Origin: an uncultured Candidatus Sumerlaeota bacterium
Lineage (GTDB): Bacteria > Sumerlaeota > Sumerlaeia > MWCT01 > JAGHBZ01
Reading direction: 5' to 3'
DNA: 64,000 nucleotides
Assembly: GCA_964608095.1 (NCBI GenBank)
Contig: CAZSMK010000011.1
Coordinates: 103,282-167,281, forward strand
In this document: positions 10,520-25,303 of the stretch, piece after piece
Layout: the number at the start of each line of letters is the position of its first letter
Numbering within the stretch: the first letter of the stretch is position 1
Made by a program: the position numbers and the translations under genes
The notes under the pieces: model-generated
Database searches by the model: none
Told to the model about the DNA's origin: nothing
Seen by the model: the letters and a program-made list of their open reading frames with translations, nothing else

Positions 10520-11659
10520 CTAAAACTTCATTTGCCTGAAAAAGAAAAGTTCATCGCCGCCCGTAATCCCCCACGAGACGTTGCAGCGCGCACACCAGTA
10601 TGGGGGATTACCGGAATGTATTGTTTCACGCAATTTGCGATATAATTCATTGTTCCAGATAGTGGCGAAATCCTGCTTCATAATGTTACCAAGCGAGTAG
10701 GTCGAATACATACAGCAGGGCCATATATCGCCGTCCACGCGAATGTATGATTGATACCAGGGGGAGTAACAATGTTTTAAATGCTTAACCGGAAATGTTC
10801 TTCCTTCAGGTAAGGCGCGTGGCAAAGTGTTCTGATCTCTATTTTCCGGCACAGGTGTCTTGAGGTCTGCGGGTACCTCCGTGGATTCCCCTGAGGTGGT
10901 ATAGATCGGTAGAATAAGCGTCAGATTATGTTTATGTGCAATGTCTCGCGCAAGGCTAAAAAATTTATTGGCAAGAGCGGGATGTTGAGACAACGTTTCC
11001 CGCGCAATCTCATCGTCTCTACCGCCGGTGCCGAAATTCAGCACTGTTACCATGGTTGCGCCCTTTTCTGCAGCCATCTTTACCAGTTCCGGCAACTCTT
11101 CGATGTTGCGTTTCATCCCTACAAAGTTCCAGCAGTACTCGAAATTTTTCGGTTTAAGGCGTTGCAACTCTTCATTGATCATATCGATTTTTTCGATAAT
11201 GGTATCAAAACGCGCACCTCGCCTGATTGACTCGAACGTCTCCTTTTTCACCCCGTCTATGGACAACGTGATTCCATAACCATACTTCATGGTTTTTTCC
11301 ACCAGCTCTCGCGTCAGGAGCATTCCATTGGTTGTATAACTAAACCTGACGCCGAGGTTGATACAATCTTCGATCATTTGAGGGAACAGAGGAGAGACGA
11401 GAGGTTCGCCAAGTCCGATCAAGTTTGCGCGATATATACGGGGTAGAATCTGTTCCTTTACCCGCTCATACACATCAACGTCCATGTGGCGGTCTTCACC
11501 CGGTGGTTTGAGATATTTCTCGCACGTAATACAACGCAGGTTACAGCGTGTGGTCGGTTCCAACCAGATTTCTCGCGGGAAAAAAGGCGTTCGTTTTAGG
11601 TTGAGCATAAACGCTGCTTTGCTCCCGATCTTCCTGATTATGTATGGTTCACGACGCAT
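10520..11659 (-). CDS. radical SAM protein with C-terminal SPASM-like Cys cluster
   Basis: It has the CxxxCxxC motif (CNLRCITC) near the N-terminus and a C-terminal Cys-rich region (CCMYSTYSLG...WCARCNVSWG). Confidence 0.75.
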   Translation of the reverse strand: MRREPYIIRKIGSKAAFMLNLKRTPFFPREIWLEPTTRCNLRCITCEKYLKPPGEDRHMDVDVYERVKEQILPRIYRANLIGLGEPLVSPLFPQMIEDCINLGVRFSYTTNGMLLTRELVEKTMKYGYGITLSIDGVKKETFESIRRGARFDTIIEKIDMINEELQRLKPKNFEYCWNFVGMKRNIEELPELVKMAAEKGATMVTVLNFGTGGRDDEIARETLSQHPALANKFFSLARDIAHKHNLTLILPIYTTSGESTEVPADLKTPVPENRDQNTLPRALPEGRTFPVKHLKHCYSPWYQSYIRVDGDIWPCCMYSTYSLGNIMKQDFATIWNNELYRKLRETIHSGNPPYWCARCNVSWGITGGDELFFFRQMKF

Positions 11660-11851
11660 TGCTACCTTACTTATTACACGAGCGATTGTATCCTTTACGA
11701 AAATGGGATTGCAAAAGAATTATGAAGCGGCGAGAACTGAAAGACTTACCTTAAAAAACCTCATCCCACCGACCTCGAAAATGACTAACAGCGGGTTTGA
11801 AACCAGTTTCTATGGCTTACGTGCTCCGTCTATATCACCATCGTAGAGGAA

Positions 11852-12853
11852 CTAATATCCTTTTAACTCGATCTTGTTTCCGTCCGGGTCCTCGATGAAA
11901 TAGACACTATGTTTGTTCCGTGATATAACCCGCGTCTTCGCTCCCCTACTCTTCACTTGTTCAAACAACCTTTTAGGGTCCTTCACCCAATACCCCCAGT
12001 GATCGTAGCCGGTCACGATAACGTCGATGTCCTCCTCGTTCTTTTCTTTGACCGCGAACAGTTCAACAAGGGCATCCTCATGTCGCAACCGTACAAAATT
12101 GCATTCCTTGTTCAATCCAAAAAGGATTTCTGCAATGTCCGCAGATAAGGTCTCTTCCTTCTCATTCTTAAATCCCAATTCATTTATATAAAAATCCGCC
12201 ATCTGCTTTAAGTTCTCGGTGAATATGGCAACGTGGTGGCATGCATGGGAGAGCATATCAGAAAGAAGAAGAGGAACATCATCAAAGGTTATCTTTTTCG
12301 CGCCGTCCTGAAGCATCATTTTAACCGCCTTTTCCGCATCGTCCGGCTCCAGGTTAACACCTTTAACTGCATCGCTGAAGAGATAGACCGTGTAATCCTT
12401 TTTCAGGGCATCAAGTACAGAGTTCTTCACACAATAATCGGTCGCAAGCCCGCACACAAACAATTCATTGACTCCCAAAATCTCGAGGATTGCCTTAAGG
12501 GCAACATCATGTGTGTCGACGCCTTCAAAGGCGGAATAACCCTCCTCTTCCGCCCGCAATCCTTTTGAGATTATGATGGCATCATCGGGAAGTTGCAACG
12601 CAGGATGAAACGCAGCGCCTTGAGTGTCTCTTACGCAATGAACCGGCCATTGCCCGCCGAACTCTTTAAAATGCTTCGACTCCGGCGGATGCCAATCACG
12701 CGTCGCCAGAATTGGACGTTCCGCTTTCGAAAAGAGGTCTATATAGCGATTTATAATAGGTATGATGGCATCTCCTTCAGGCACCGCAAGTGCGCCACCC
12801 GGGCAAAAATCGTTCTGTACGTCAACAATTAATAATACTTGAGTCATCTTCAT
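11852..12853 (-). CDS. fusion protein: isochorismatase-family nicotinamidase (PncA-like) N-domain + VOC/glyoxalase-like C-domain
   Basis: The N-terminus (LLIVDVQNDFCPGGALAV...LFVCGLATDYCV) carries the catalytic Cys context of a cysteine hydrolase/nicotinamidase. The C-terminal roughly 130 aa (HHVAIFTENLKQMADFYINELGF...YFIEDPDGNKIEL) matches the glyoxalase/VOC fold. Confidence 0.7.
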   Translation of the reverse strand: MKMTQVLLIVDVQNDFCPGGALAVPEGDAIIPIINRYIDLFSKAERPILATRDWHPPESKHFKEFGGQWPVHCVRDTQGAAFHPALQLPDDAIIISKGLRAEEEGYSAFEGVDTHDVALKAILEILGVNELFVCGLATDYCVKNSVLDALKKDYTVYLFSDAVKGVNLEPDDAEKAVKMMLQDGAKKITFDDVPLLLSDMLSHACHHVAIFTENLKQMADFYINELGFKNEKEETLSADIAEILFGLNKECNFVRLRHEDALVELFAVKEKNEEDIDVIVTGYDHWGYWVKDPKRLFEQVKSRGAKTRVISRNKHSVYFIEDPDGNKIELKGY

Positions 12854-12959
12854 TTTTCCCTCTCCGTTCTTTGATAAGTCGATAATATTCGGTGGCTTAT
12901 CTGACCTTTTGTCAAAGGAGTAATTCTATACCTATCACCAATCTAATGAAACCCCTAAT

Positions 12960-13745
12960 TCATTTTGATTGGCATTGGGGACAGAAATATGCGGTTCTCC
13001 CCGTCACTTTGGTGGTTTCAATTTTTGTCCCGCATCGAGGACATTTTCCATCTTTCTCCCTGTGAGTAAGCAAGAAGGAACGCGGGAATTGTTCCGGATC
13101 AACATGACTGTCAATTGCAGCCTCGCACACTTTTTTGATGTTATTATAGATTTTTTTGATTTCAGGCTCCTTCAACTTCTTCACCGCTGCCTTTGGATGA
13201 ATTTTGGACTGAAACAAAATTTCGTCCGAAAAGATGTTCCCTATTCCGGCGATCATGTTCTGGTTCATGAGCGCGGACTTGATCGATTCGCGCCGGTCGT
13301 CGAGAAGTTCATTGAACGTCTGGAAATCGATAGCGAGCGCGTCGGCTCCCAGTTCCTTTTCCTCGATAAAATCGTCCAGGTTCTTCCGGACGCTCGCATT
13401 ACCCAACAACCTCTGGCATACATAGGCTAAATGATAGCCATTTGAGAAATAAATCAGCATCCTGACGTGTGACAACTCTTCATCCTTCTCTTTATAATAT
13501 TTAAGGAAACCCGTCATCCCGAAATGAAGCGTTAACCAGTAATCGTTATCCATCCGCACAAAAAGATGTTTCCCACGCCGTCTGGTTTCCTCGAATTGTT
13601 GTCCTTTCAGCCTTCTTTGCACCGTACGCCTGGATACATCGTCAAGAATCTTGGTCGAATGGATTTCGACCTTTGTGATTTTTTGATGCAGCGACGTGCT
13701 ATTGAAATATCTCCTGAATACCTCCACATCCGGTAATTCCGGCAT
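12960..13745 (-). CDS. Fpg/Nei family DNA glycosylase/AP lyase (MutM-like)
   Basis: The N-terminus MPELPDVE contains the catalytic Pro2 and Glu3. An H2TH region and a C-terminal zinc finger (CPRCGTKIE...FCPQCQ) follow. Confidence 0.8.
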   Translation of the reverse strand: MPELPDVEVFRRYFNSTSLHQKITKVEIHSTKILDDVSRRTVQRRLKGQQFEETRRRGKHLFVRMDNDYWLTLHFGMTGFLKYYKEKDEELSHVRMLIYFSNGYHLAYVCQRLLGNASVRKNLDDFIEEKELGADALAIDFQTFNELLDDRRESIKSALMNQNMIAGIGNIFSDEILFQSKIHPKAAVKKLKEPEIKKIYNNIKKVCEAAIDSHVDPEQFPRSFLLTHREKDGKCPRCGTKIETTKVTGRTAYFCPQCQSK

Positions 13746-13808
13746 TATATCATTCCTTTTTATAAATTGTTGTGTATATATTCTTTATCTGAACACCACA
13801 TCATGAAA

Positions 13809-14717
13809 TTAATCTTTGAACTCAGCAAGGTAACGCGATGCCTTGAGAAGCGCCATACAGCCCTGTCCCGCAGCGATAACATATTGATATTCATGTCCCG
13901 ATGCACAATCGCCTGCTGCAAAAATACCCTTTACAGACGTTCGTGTTTGACAATCGATCTTGATGTGCTGTTCCTTGTCGAGATCGACAAAATCTTTTAC
14001 AAATTCGGTGTTCGGAGTCCTGCCGATCTCGATTATTATCCCGGTGACGTTCAATTCTTTCGTTTCGCCATTCTTTTCGTAGCGCAACCCTTTAACCATT
14101 TTATCGCCAAATATTTCCGTTGTACGCGCCTCGGTAATTATCTCTACGTTCTCGCGTGACCCGATTTTATCAATGAGATATTCATGGGCGTTAAACTCCT
14201 TCTCGATGTTGATGATATAAATCTTTTTCGCAATGTCCTTGATAAACTCGGCGCCTTCGAGTGCGGAGTTTCCGCCGCCGATTACGGCGACATCCTGGTC
14301 GGCAAATAAAGGACCATCGCAAATGGAACAATATCCGACGCCTTTGTTTACAAACTCTTCTTCACCGGGAACGCCCAACTTTTTCGGTCTTGCACCTGTG
14401 GCGATGATTACGCTCTTCGCCTCGAACTCCTCTTTATCGCTTTCTATTTTGAAGTTTGAATCGGCTTGCTTGATAGCGGTGACGGTAACGCCTTCGACCG
14501 GCTCGATATCGTTGAATTCTAACTGTTCTTCCATGGTGTCACTGAACTTTTCACCGTTGGTTTTAACGATACCGGGATAGTTGAGGATTTCACCGGATTC
14601 AAGGAACTGTCCACCCAACATCTTCGTGACAAGGCGAAAATTCATTTTCTTCCGGGCGGCATAGATCGCGGCGGTCTCGCCTGCAATACCTCCGCCTATA
14701 ATTATGAGATCATACAT
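13809..14717 (-). CDS. trxB: thioredoxin-disulfide reductase
   Basis: FAD-binding (IIGGGIAGETAAIYAAR) and NADPH-binding (VIGGGNSALEGA) motifs, the redox pair CSICDG, and a length of 302 aa. Confidence 0.85.
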   Translation of the reverse strand: MYDLIIIGGGIAGETAAIYAARKKMNFRLVTKMLGGQFLESGEILNYPGIVKTNGEKFSDTMEEQLEFNDIEPVEGVTVTAIKQADSNFKIESDKEEFEAKSVIIATGARPKKLGVPGEEEFVNKGVGYCSICDGPLFADQDVAVIGGGNSALEGAEFIKDIAKKIYIINIEKEFNAHEYLIDKIGSRENVEIITEARTTEIFGDKMVKGLRYEKNGETKELNVTGIIIEIGRTPNTEFVKDFVDLDKEQHIKIDCQTRTSVKGIFAAGDCASGHEYQYVIAAGQGCMALLKASRYLAEFKD

Positions 14718-14948
14718 TTTTCAACTCCTTTTCCAGTTCTTCTTTATCGAACCCGGAAATGATCTTTCCATTGATCTCGATCTGAGGAACGGAACTTTCG
14801 CCGGTCTTTTCCACCATCTCTTTGAGTGCATCTTTATCAGTGGTTACCTCTTTTCCCTCGTATGCAATATCATTCTCCTCAAGATAATCAATAAGCTTCT
14901 TACATACAGGGCATGTCTTTGAATAATATAATGTAATGTCCGCCATAG
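14710..14948 (-). CDS. glutaredoxin-like protein (NrdH/YruB-like); true start at MADITLYY, the track ORF is over-extended upstream
   Basis: A CPVC redox motif in a thioredoxin fold of about 79 aa (ITLYYSKTCPVCKKLIDYLEEN...). It overlaps the trxB start. Confidence 0.7.
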
Positions 14949-15007
14949 CAAATTCCCTTTCTCTATGTTTTTTTATATAAAACGTGCTATTAATTTTCAC
15001 AGAATCT

Positions 15008-15742
15008 TTACGACTCAAACATAGCCGCCAATTTGCGAGCATCCTGTGCGGCGTATCCCACCTGGTCATTATCGAAATAACAGAAGATGTCCTTGCCCTG
15101 TTTTGCCCATGCGGCAATCGCTCCCGCCCAGCCCTTTAATTGGTCGATGCTGTATTGCCCCTGGTACGGTCCGTCTGGTCCATGTAACCGGATATACACA
15201 AAATCAGAGGTAACCTTCTTTGGCGAGAGCCTCCGGTCATAATCGTATATACAAAAAGCCGCGTTATGGTCGGTCAGAATTTCATACACCCGGTTGTCGA
15301 ACCACGATTCGTCCCTGAATTCAAATGCGTATCTCTTCCCGGAAGGCAGCGCTGCCAGAAAAGATTCGAGCCGTTCAGGATTACAGCCCCATTTCGGCGG
15401 TAGCTGAAAAAGTATAGGTCCCAGGGTTTCTCTGAGCTCCACGATTCTATCCATGAACTTCGATACCGCATCTTTCGGGTCTTTCAACTTTTTCATGTGG
15501 GTAATGTAACGGCTGGCTTTAACGGAAAAGATAAAGGAATCGCCCACGGTTTCGCGCCAATGCTTCAGTGTTTTCTTCTCCGGGAGTTGATAAAACGAAT
15601 TATTGATTTCAGCGGTATGGAAATCGTTCATATAAAACTGTAAAAACTCTGCCGAATCCATATCTTCGGGATAATACGCTCCTTTCCAATGCTTATAGTG
15701 CCACCCGGATGTCCCAATATGTATCTTTTTCTTTTCAGTCAT
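15008..15742 (-). CDS. DUF72 (UPF0759) family protein
   Basis: Characteristic N-terminus IHIGTSGWHYKHWKGAYYPED, in a 244-aa protein. Confidence 0.75.
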   Translation of the reverse strand: MTEKKKIHIGTSGWHYKHWKGAYYPEDMDSAEFLQFYMNDFHTAEINNSFYQLPEKKTLKHWRETVGDSFIFSVKASRYITHMKKLKDPKDAVSKFMDRIVELRETLGPILFQLPPKWGCNPERLESFLAALPSGKRYAFEFRDESWFDNRVYEILTDHNAAFCIYDYDRRLSPKKVTSDFVYIRLHGPDGPYQGQYSIDQLKGWAGAIAAWAKQGKDIFCYFDNDQVGYAAQDARKLAAMFES

Positions 15743-15766
15743 TTCACTCTTTCGGGTTGATTGAAC

Positions 15767-17341
15767 CTATAAACGTGAAAGGATATCGAGAGAGCCGCTC
15801 TTGATTTCATCAGCTTTGGGGACAAGGTCACGGTGCATCAATTCGGCAAGTCCCGCCATTTCACGTTCCTGCTCGCAGCCTGCAACCGCCATAACCCGGT
15901 CGCCTTTAACATAGTATGCGAGAAACTTTTTGCGCGAAACATCGCCATGGAATACAATCTCGTCCCACCCTTTAGTATAACCGACGTACTGCAATCCGAT
16001 TCCTAATTGCCGTGTCCAGAAAAAGGGAACACCGCAAAATTTTGTCTTGTTTCCCACCATGTTGAGCGCAGTGGTTCGACCAAGTTGTTCCGCGAGTCGC
16101 CAGTGTTCGATTCGTATGCGCTCGCCAGTTCGCCAATCTATAAAACTTGCAATATCGCCTGCTGCATACACATCCTCGGCAGCAGACAAATACTCGTCAA
16201 CCGGTATGCTGCCATCCTGCTGAAGTTCCAATCCTGTAATAAAGTCTGTACCGGGTTTTACTCCGATACCCATCACCACAAAATCCGTATCCAGCTCCAT
16301 GCTGTTACTCAGGACGACCTTATTGACCTTCTCGTCGCCTTCAAAACGTTCCACACCGGTGTTTAACATAAAAAATATTCCCTTATCCTCGTGCTGTTTC
16401 TGGAACATTTCGCCGATCTCGGTCCCCAGCGTTTTCTCGAACGGAACAGATTCAGGCGCAACCACCGTTATCGAGAGATCGTATTCAACAAGTGCAGCGG
16501 CGGTTTCCATTCCGATAAAACTTGCGCCGACAACCACACATCGCTTCGATTCCTTCGCTTTCTCTTTAATTCGTGTAGCGTCGGCGAGACTGCGCAACGT
16601 AAAAATATTTTGTAAATCTGAACCGGGAACGTCGAGCCGACGCGGAGTACCACCGGTGGCTACAAGAAGTTTATCGTACGTTAATGATGAATTATCTTTG
16701 AAAATCACCGTCTTGTCGGAGAGGGCAACATTGACGACCTCATGATTTCTCAGCAACTCTATGTCGTACCGTGTATAAAAATCTTCAGGACGCAAAGCAG
16801 GTATAGATGCCCGCGGGTCTCTAAGATATGCTTTGCTCATATAGGTGCGGTCATAGGGTATATCATCTTCACGCGTCAATATCACTACCCTACCCTGAAA
16901 ATGATTTTGGCGTAAGGCTTCGGCAGCGGCATTCCCAGCCGCGCCTGAGCCTATGATGACGAATTTCCGCTTGTCGACTTCAGGATTGAACCGCGCCATT
17001 TTCGATGTTCTGGATTCCATGAACTCTTCCGGCAAAATTAAAATTACATCATCGTTTTCAATGCGTATATCGAACTGAGGCAATGAATCCAGCGCCGGCG
17101 GTTCTATCACGTCCCCTGTTCTTGCTTTAAAACACGCTTGATGCCACGGGCATCGTATGCGACCTTCGCTGATAACGCCTTCTTCAAGAGGCGCTCCTTC
17201 ATGAGTACATTTTGCGCCAAGGGCGTAATATTTACCGTCGAGTCGTACAAGCAGGATGCTTTTATCATCTTCTACCACAACTTCTTTCATCTCGCCGTCT
17301 TTGAGATCGTCGAACTTTGCCACCTTTTTTTCATTATTCAT
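15767..17341 (-). CDS. Rieske [2Fe-2S] domain fused to FAD/NAD(P)-dependent pyridine nucleotide-disulfide oxidoreductase (AIF/ferredoxin reductase-like)
   Basis: A Rieske CxH...CxxH pair (CTHEGAPL...CPWHQACF) is followed by the dinucleotide motif (FVIIGSGAAGNAAAE) and a second Rossmann motif (VVVGASFIGMETAA). Confidence 0.75.
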   Translation of the reverse strand: MNNEKKVAKFDDLKDGEMKEVVVEDDKSILLVRLDGKYYALGAKCTHEGAPLEEGVISEGRIRCPWHQACFKARTGDVIEPPALDSLPQFDIRIENDDVILILPEEFMESRTSKMARFNPEVDKRKFVIIGSGAAGNAAAEALRQNHFQGRVVILTREDDIPYDRTYMSKAYLRDPRASIPALRPEDFYTRYDIELLRNHEVVNVALSDKTVIFKDNSSLTYDKLLVATGGTPRRLDVPGSDLQNIFTLRSLADATRIKEKAKESKRCVVVGASFIGMETAAALVEYDLSITVVAPESVPFEKTLGTEIGEMFQKQHEDKGIFFMLNTGVERFEGDEKVNKVVLSNSMELDTDFVVMGIGVKPGTDFITGLELQQDGSIPVDEYLSAAEDVYAAGDIASFIDWRTGERIRIEHWRLAEQLGRTTALNMVGNKTKFCGVPFFWTRQLGIGLQYVGYTKGWDEIVFHGDVSRKKFLAYYVKGDRVMAVAGCEQEREMAGLAELMHRDLVPKADEIKSGSLDILSRL

Positions 17342-17385
17342 CTTCTCTCTCCCTATTTATAACCGGTTTATATAATTCTACTTCT

Positions 17386-18033
17386 TTATAGTATCTTATA
17401 TCCTTCATCGAGTAAAGATTTAACTTCTTCATCGGATAATTGCGAGAAGTCTTCATAAGAGCCGCCTACACCCATAAAGGGCTGCGGCGTTTCCAGACAC
17501 ACTAATTCATCCGCTTCTTTTTTGAAATTCCTGAATGTATCAAGAGGGGCCGTGGGAACCGCCACAATGATTTTGCGGGGAGACCGGGATTTAACTGCCG
17601 AAATTGCTGCACGCATACTCGCTCCCGTCGCAAGACCATCGTCTACAAGAATGACAGTCTTATCTCTTAAATCAGGGAACGGGCGATCGCCGCGGTAGGC
17701 GGTTTCACGCCGTTTCAACTCTTCCTTTTCTCTCGCGGTGACCTCGTCTATGGTCGAGTCAGGTATGCTGAGAGAACGTATAACCTCGGAATTTATTATG
17801 CGCGTTCCTCCCGACGCAATCGCTCCCATTGCCAGCTCTTCGTAACCGGGCACACCTAGTTTGCGTACAAGATACACATCCATCGGTACCTTGAGATTCC
17901 TTGCGACTTCAACGCCAACGGCAACTCCGCCTCGAGCCAGACCAAGCACGATTACATCGTTGCGACCTGTGTATGATGACAACTCTTTGGCAAGTTGTTG
18001 TCCTGCATCCTTTCTATCTTTGAATACCGTCAT
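17386..18033 (-). CDS. phosphoribosyltransferase-domain protein
   Basis: PRPP-binding motif VILVDDGLATGASM, in a 215-aa protein. Confidence 0.7.
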   Translation of the reverse strand: MTVFKDRKDAGQQLAKELSSYTGRNDVIVLGLARGGVAVGVEVARNLKVPMDVYLVRKLGVPGYEELAMGAIASGGTRIINSEVIRSLSIPDSTIDEVTAREKEELKRRETAYRGDRPFPDLRDKTVILVDDGLATGASMRAAISAVKSRSPRKIIVAVPTAPLDTFRNFKKEADELVCLETPQPFMGVGGSYEDFSQLSDEEVKSLLDEGYKIL

Positions 18034-18080
18034 TTCGATTCCTCCTTACTATCATCTGAACCTTAATCGTTTGCCCCGGC

Positions 18081-22598
<4,518 letters not shown>

Positions 22599-22607
22599 TA
22601 CTTGTTC

Positions 22608-24182
22608 CTATTCAGAATCGTCCCGCTTCTCGTTGGTTTGATTCTTGAATGAATTAATAAGACGTTGTTTCAAATCCCATAAATTTTGAGTAAGTGAAAC
22701 GTGATAAACATGAGGATTAAGAAGCCGCCGAACACCAGTGTCTAAGCAGGAAATATCTCTTTCCCTCTGTTTTCGTATCTCTTCAATTGTCGGAAATTCA
22801 TAAACAACCTTTCCCCCTTTCATAACGTCTACAAGAAGCGGTTCTATATCAGATACCTCATCCTGACTGAGAGTCCGGTGTGCGGTACGTTGAACCGGAT
22901 GGCGCAGAAGAATCTCTTTCGTTCTGGACGGTTCTTCTTCTTCGAGACTCATGAGATCAGCGGTTGCGATACCCCTTTTATCATACAATCGCCAGATTTT
23001 TTTAGACCCGGGATTCGTCACCTTCTCAGGGGTCTCCGATACCTTTATTGCAGGCGCCCATTTCCCTCGCTCATAAACCGACACCAGTTTATAGACGCCG
23101 TCCAATGCGGAATCTCCTTTCGAGACGATCAAATTGGTGCCGACACCATAAACCAGACGCTTTATGAGGCGCTCGGGCTTCACACCATAGCCAGCTGCTT
23201 CATTTTCTATCTGGGTGATAATTTGCCAGATCACCATTTCGTCAAGTTGATTCGACAACACGATAGAAACGTCCGGGAAGCCGGCATCATCGAGCATTTT
23301 CGCCGCCTGAATACTCAAATAAGCCAGATCGCCGGAATCGAGTCGAATACCTATCGGTTTATGTCCCTTTTTCCGTAACTGCTCGAAGACCCGAATGGCA
23401 TTCGGAATACCGCTTTCCAGCGTATCTATGGTATCGACCAAAAGCAGGCAATCATCCGGATATACCTCTGCATACTTTTCGAATGCGTCGAGCTCGCTAT
23501 CGCCCAGCGCCATAAAAAGCTGCACCATGCTATGGGCATGAGTCCCCTTGGGAGGATATCCGAGAACATGGGATATGCCAGTGTTCGAGGTGAAATCAGC
23601 GCCGCCGATAAGGGCAGCCCGCGCACCTGCGTTTGCTCCTTTTTCCTGTGCACGGCGCAACCCGAACTCCAGCAGTAATCCACCTCGTCCGCTCTCACGG
23701 ATTCGACACGCTTTCGTGGCGATCAATGTCTGATAGTTCAGATGATTGAGCAGGGAACTCTCGAGAAGTTGTGCCTGAACAATAGGTCCTTCGACCACGG
23801 TCAAGGGAACATTGGCATGTACGACCCGCCCTTCCGGAATAGCCTTAATAGTAAGACCACCAAAGTTCCCGTTTATCTTCAACCACTCCAGGAAGTCGTC
23901 TTCAAATATCCGTGTGCCCGTTTGTCCAGTTTGTGATTTCAGAAAGTCTATGTCTTCATCCCGGAATCGTACCTGCTGAATCCACTCGACAAGCCATTCT
24001 AAACCTGCATTGATGCAATATCCCGCCTTGTGTGATTTGTAATCAGGGTATGACCGAAAAAAATGATCGAATTGAACCTTCTTTTCGTGTAAGCCGGCAC
24101 GATAATAAAGCTGGCACATGGTTAATTGATATTCATCTGTATACAAAATTCCCTCGGCCGTTTTGCGTTCCGCTTTTTTCAA
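22608..24182 (-). CDS. pncB: nicotinate phosphoribosyltransferase
   Basis: A 524-aa NAPRTase-family pattern ([16 protein letters not shown]..., a phosphorylatable His region). Confidence 0.8.
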   Translation of the reverse strand: MKKAERKTAEGILYTDEYQLTMCQLYYRAGLHEKKVQFDHFFRSYPDYKSHKAGYCINAGLEWLVEWIQQVRFRDEDIDFLKSQTGQTGTRIFEDDFLEWLKINGNFGGLTIKAIPEGRVVHANVPLTVVEGPIVQAQLLESSLLNHLNYQTLIATKACRIRESGRGGLLLEFGLRRAQEKGANAGARAALIGGADFTSNTGISHVLGYPPKGTHAHSMVQLFMALGDSELDAFEKYAEVYPDDCLLLVDTIDTLESGIPNAIRVFEQLRKKGHKPIGIRLDSGDLAYLSIQAAKMLDDAGFPDVSIVLSNQLDEMVIWQIITQIENEAAGYGVKPERLIKRLVYGVGTNLIVSKGDSALDGVYKLVSVYERGKWAPAIKVSETPEKVTNPGSKKIWRLYDKRGIATADLMSLEEEEPSRTKEILLRHPVQRTAHRTLSQDEVSDIEPLLVDVMKGGKVVYEFPTIEEIRKQRERDISCLDTGVRRLLNPHVYHVSLTQNLWDLKQRLINSFKNQTNEKRDDSE

Positions 24183-24805
24183 TTCTCTTTCCTCCTGTTC
24201 TTCGATTCTTCGCGCGCTCTCTTCTCTCTCGATAGCATACCGGATAAACGCATCTCGACTATCTTTGTCTCTATTTCCTGATAAAAATCCTCTATCCTTG
24301 ATGAATTATCAACAGTAATGTCCGCCTCACTTATAGTGTCGCTGATATTGAATAATTCCTCTTCTTCTTTCTCCTGTTTGAGAAACTCTTCAAATGAATC
24401 AGGGTCCCTTGCTTCTCCTCTACGTTTCGCACGTTTAAAACGTATCTGTGGGTCTTCAACCTTCACGTATATCAATAAAAAGTTCGAGCCGTAATGATCT
24501 TTTAAAACCTTTACATCAACCGGGGTTCTTATACTCGTAATCCCGATGATTTCGCTGTCCATTCTATCAATTTTTTCAATTGCCTTTTTAATGAAGAAAT
24601 CTTTCCCGAACTGTGCAAAATATTTCTCTGAAATCTTATGCAAGTTTTCTCTTGTCGGTTTAATACCTTCATCACTTGCGATTTCACGCGCAATATCGCC
24701 GATAGATACAATGGGAATATTATATCTTCGGTTGAGATACTCGACTAATTCATCTTTCCCGGAACCATTCCGGCCTACTGCCCCGATTATGTACATTATT
24801 AGCAC
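24179..24805 (-). CDS. P-loop nucleoside/nucleotide kinase-like protein (dephospho-CoA kinase/AAA-kinase-like), specific substrate unknown
   Basis: Walker A motif [12 protein letters not shown] at the N-terminus, in a 208-aa protein. It is translationally overlapped with pncB (ATGA). Confidence 0.5.
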   Translation of the reverse strand: MLIMYIIGAVGRNGSGKDELVEYLNRRYNIPIVSIGDIAREIASDEGIKPTRENLHKISEKYFAQFGKDFFIKKAIEKIDRMDSEIIGITSIRTPVDVKVLKDHYGSNFLLIYVKVEDPQIRFKRAKRRGEARDPDSFEEFLKQEKEEEELFNISDTISEADITVDNSSRIEDFYQEIETKIVEMRLSGMLSREKRAREESKNRRKEN

Positions 24806-24806
24806 C

Positions 24807-25208
24807 TCACTCTTTTAAACCTGTTTTCTTCGCTGAATTGACCTCTTCTTCTTTAAAGCGTCGTCTTGCCTCGTGTCTACGTTCTTGCTCCGCTTGTCTT
24901 TGCATATGTTCTTGCTGATCCGATTTGGATTGTTCGTGAGCGATATCTCCGCCAGTTCCCGCCCTGCGTTTATCGAGCTCGCGTAAAGTCTTTTCCCGTC
25001 CGTACAAGATCAAGGTATCGCCTTCATAAATTTTGGTATCTCCACGAGGCACTCCCACATACGTTCCATCATCACGATACACACCGAGAATATTCACTCC
25101 CTCATGAGAAAGACCGGTCATGGTCAGGGCAATTGTGGCAATACGCGTTATAATGAGTGACATTGTAAGCGCTGTTATTAAAGCTATTATGCCTATAATG
25201 CCGAGCAT
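24807..25208 (-). CDS. TrkA-C (RCK C-terminal) domain protein
   Basis: A small 133-aa protein with an N-terminal TM segment and the TrkA-C pattern (ILGVYRDDGTYVGVPRGDTKIYEGDTLILYG). Confidence 0.55.
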   Translation of the reverse strand: MLGIIGIIALITALTMSLIITRIATIALTMTGLSHEGVNILGVYRDDGTYVGVPRGDTKIYEGDTLILYGREKTLRELDKRRAGTGGDIAHEQSKSDQQEHMQRQAEQERRHEARRRFKEEEVNSAKKTGLKE

Positions 25209-25303
25209 GTGAAATGGACTGTAGATTCTACTTTAATAACGTACGTTTTTACGCTGTTACAGAAGCAATGATCAAGACCGAGAAAATAATGGATAGGTAG
25301 CTA

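Noticed and set aside
14949-15117. The long N-terminal extension of the glutaredoxin-like ORF.
   Set aside because: It overlaps the 3' end of the DUF72 gene and has biased composition. The thioredoxin-fold protein begins at MADITLYYSKTCPVC.
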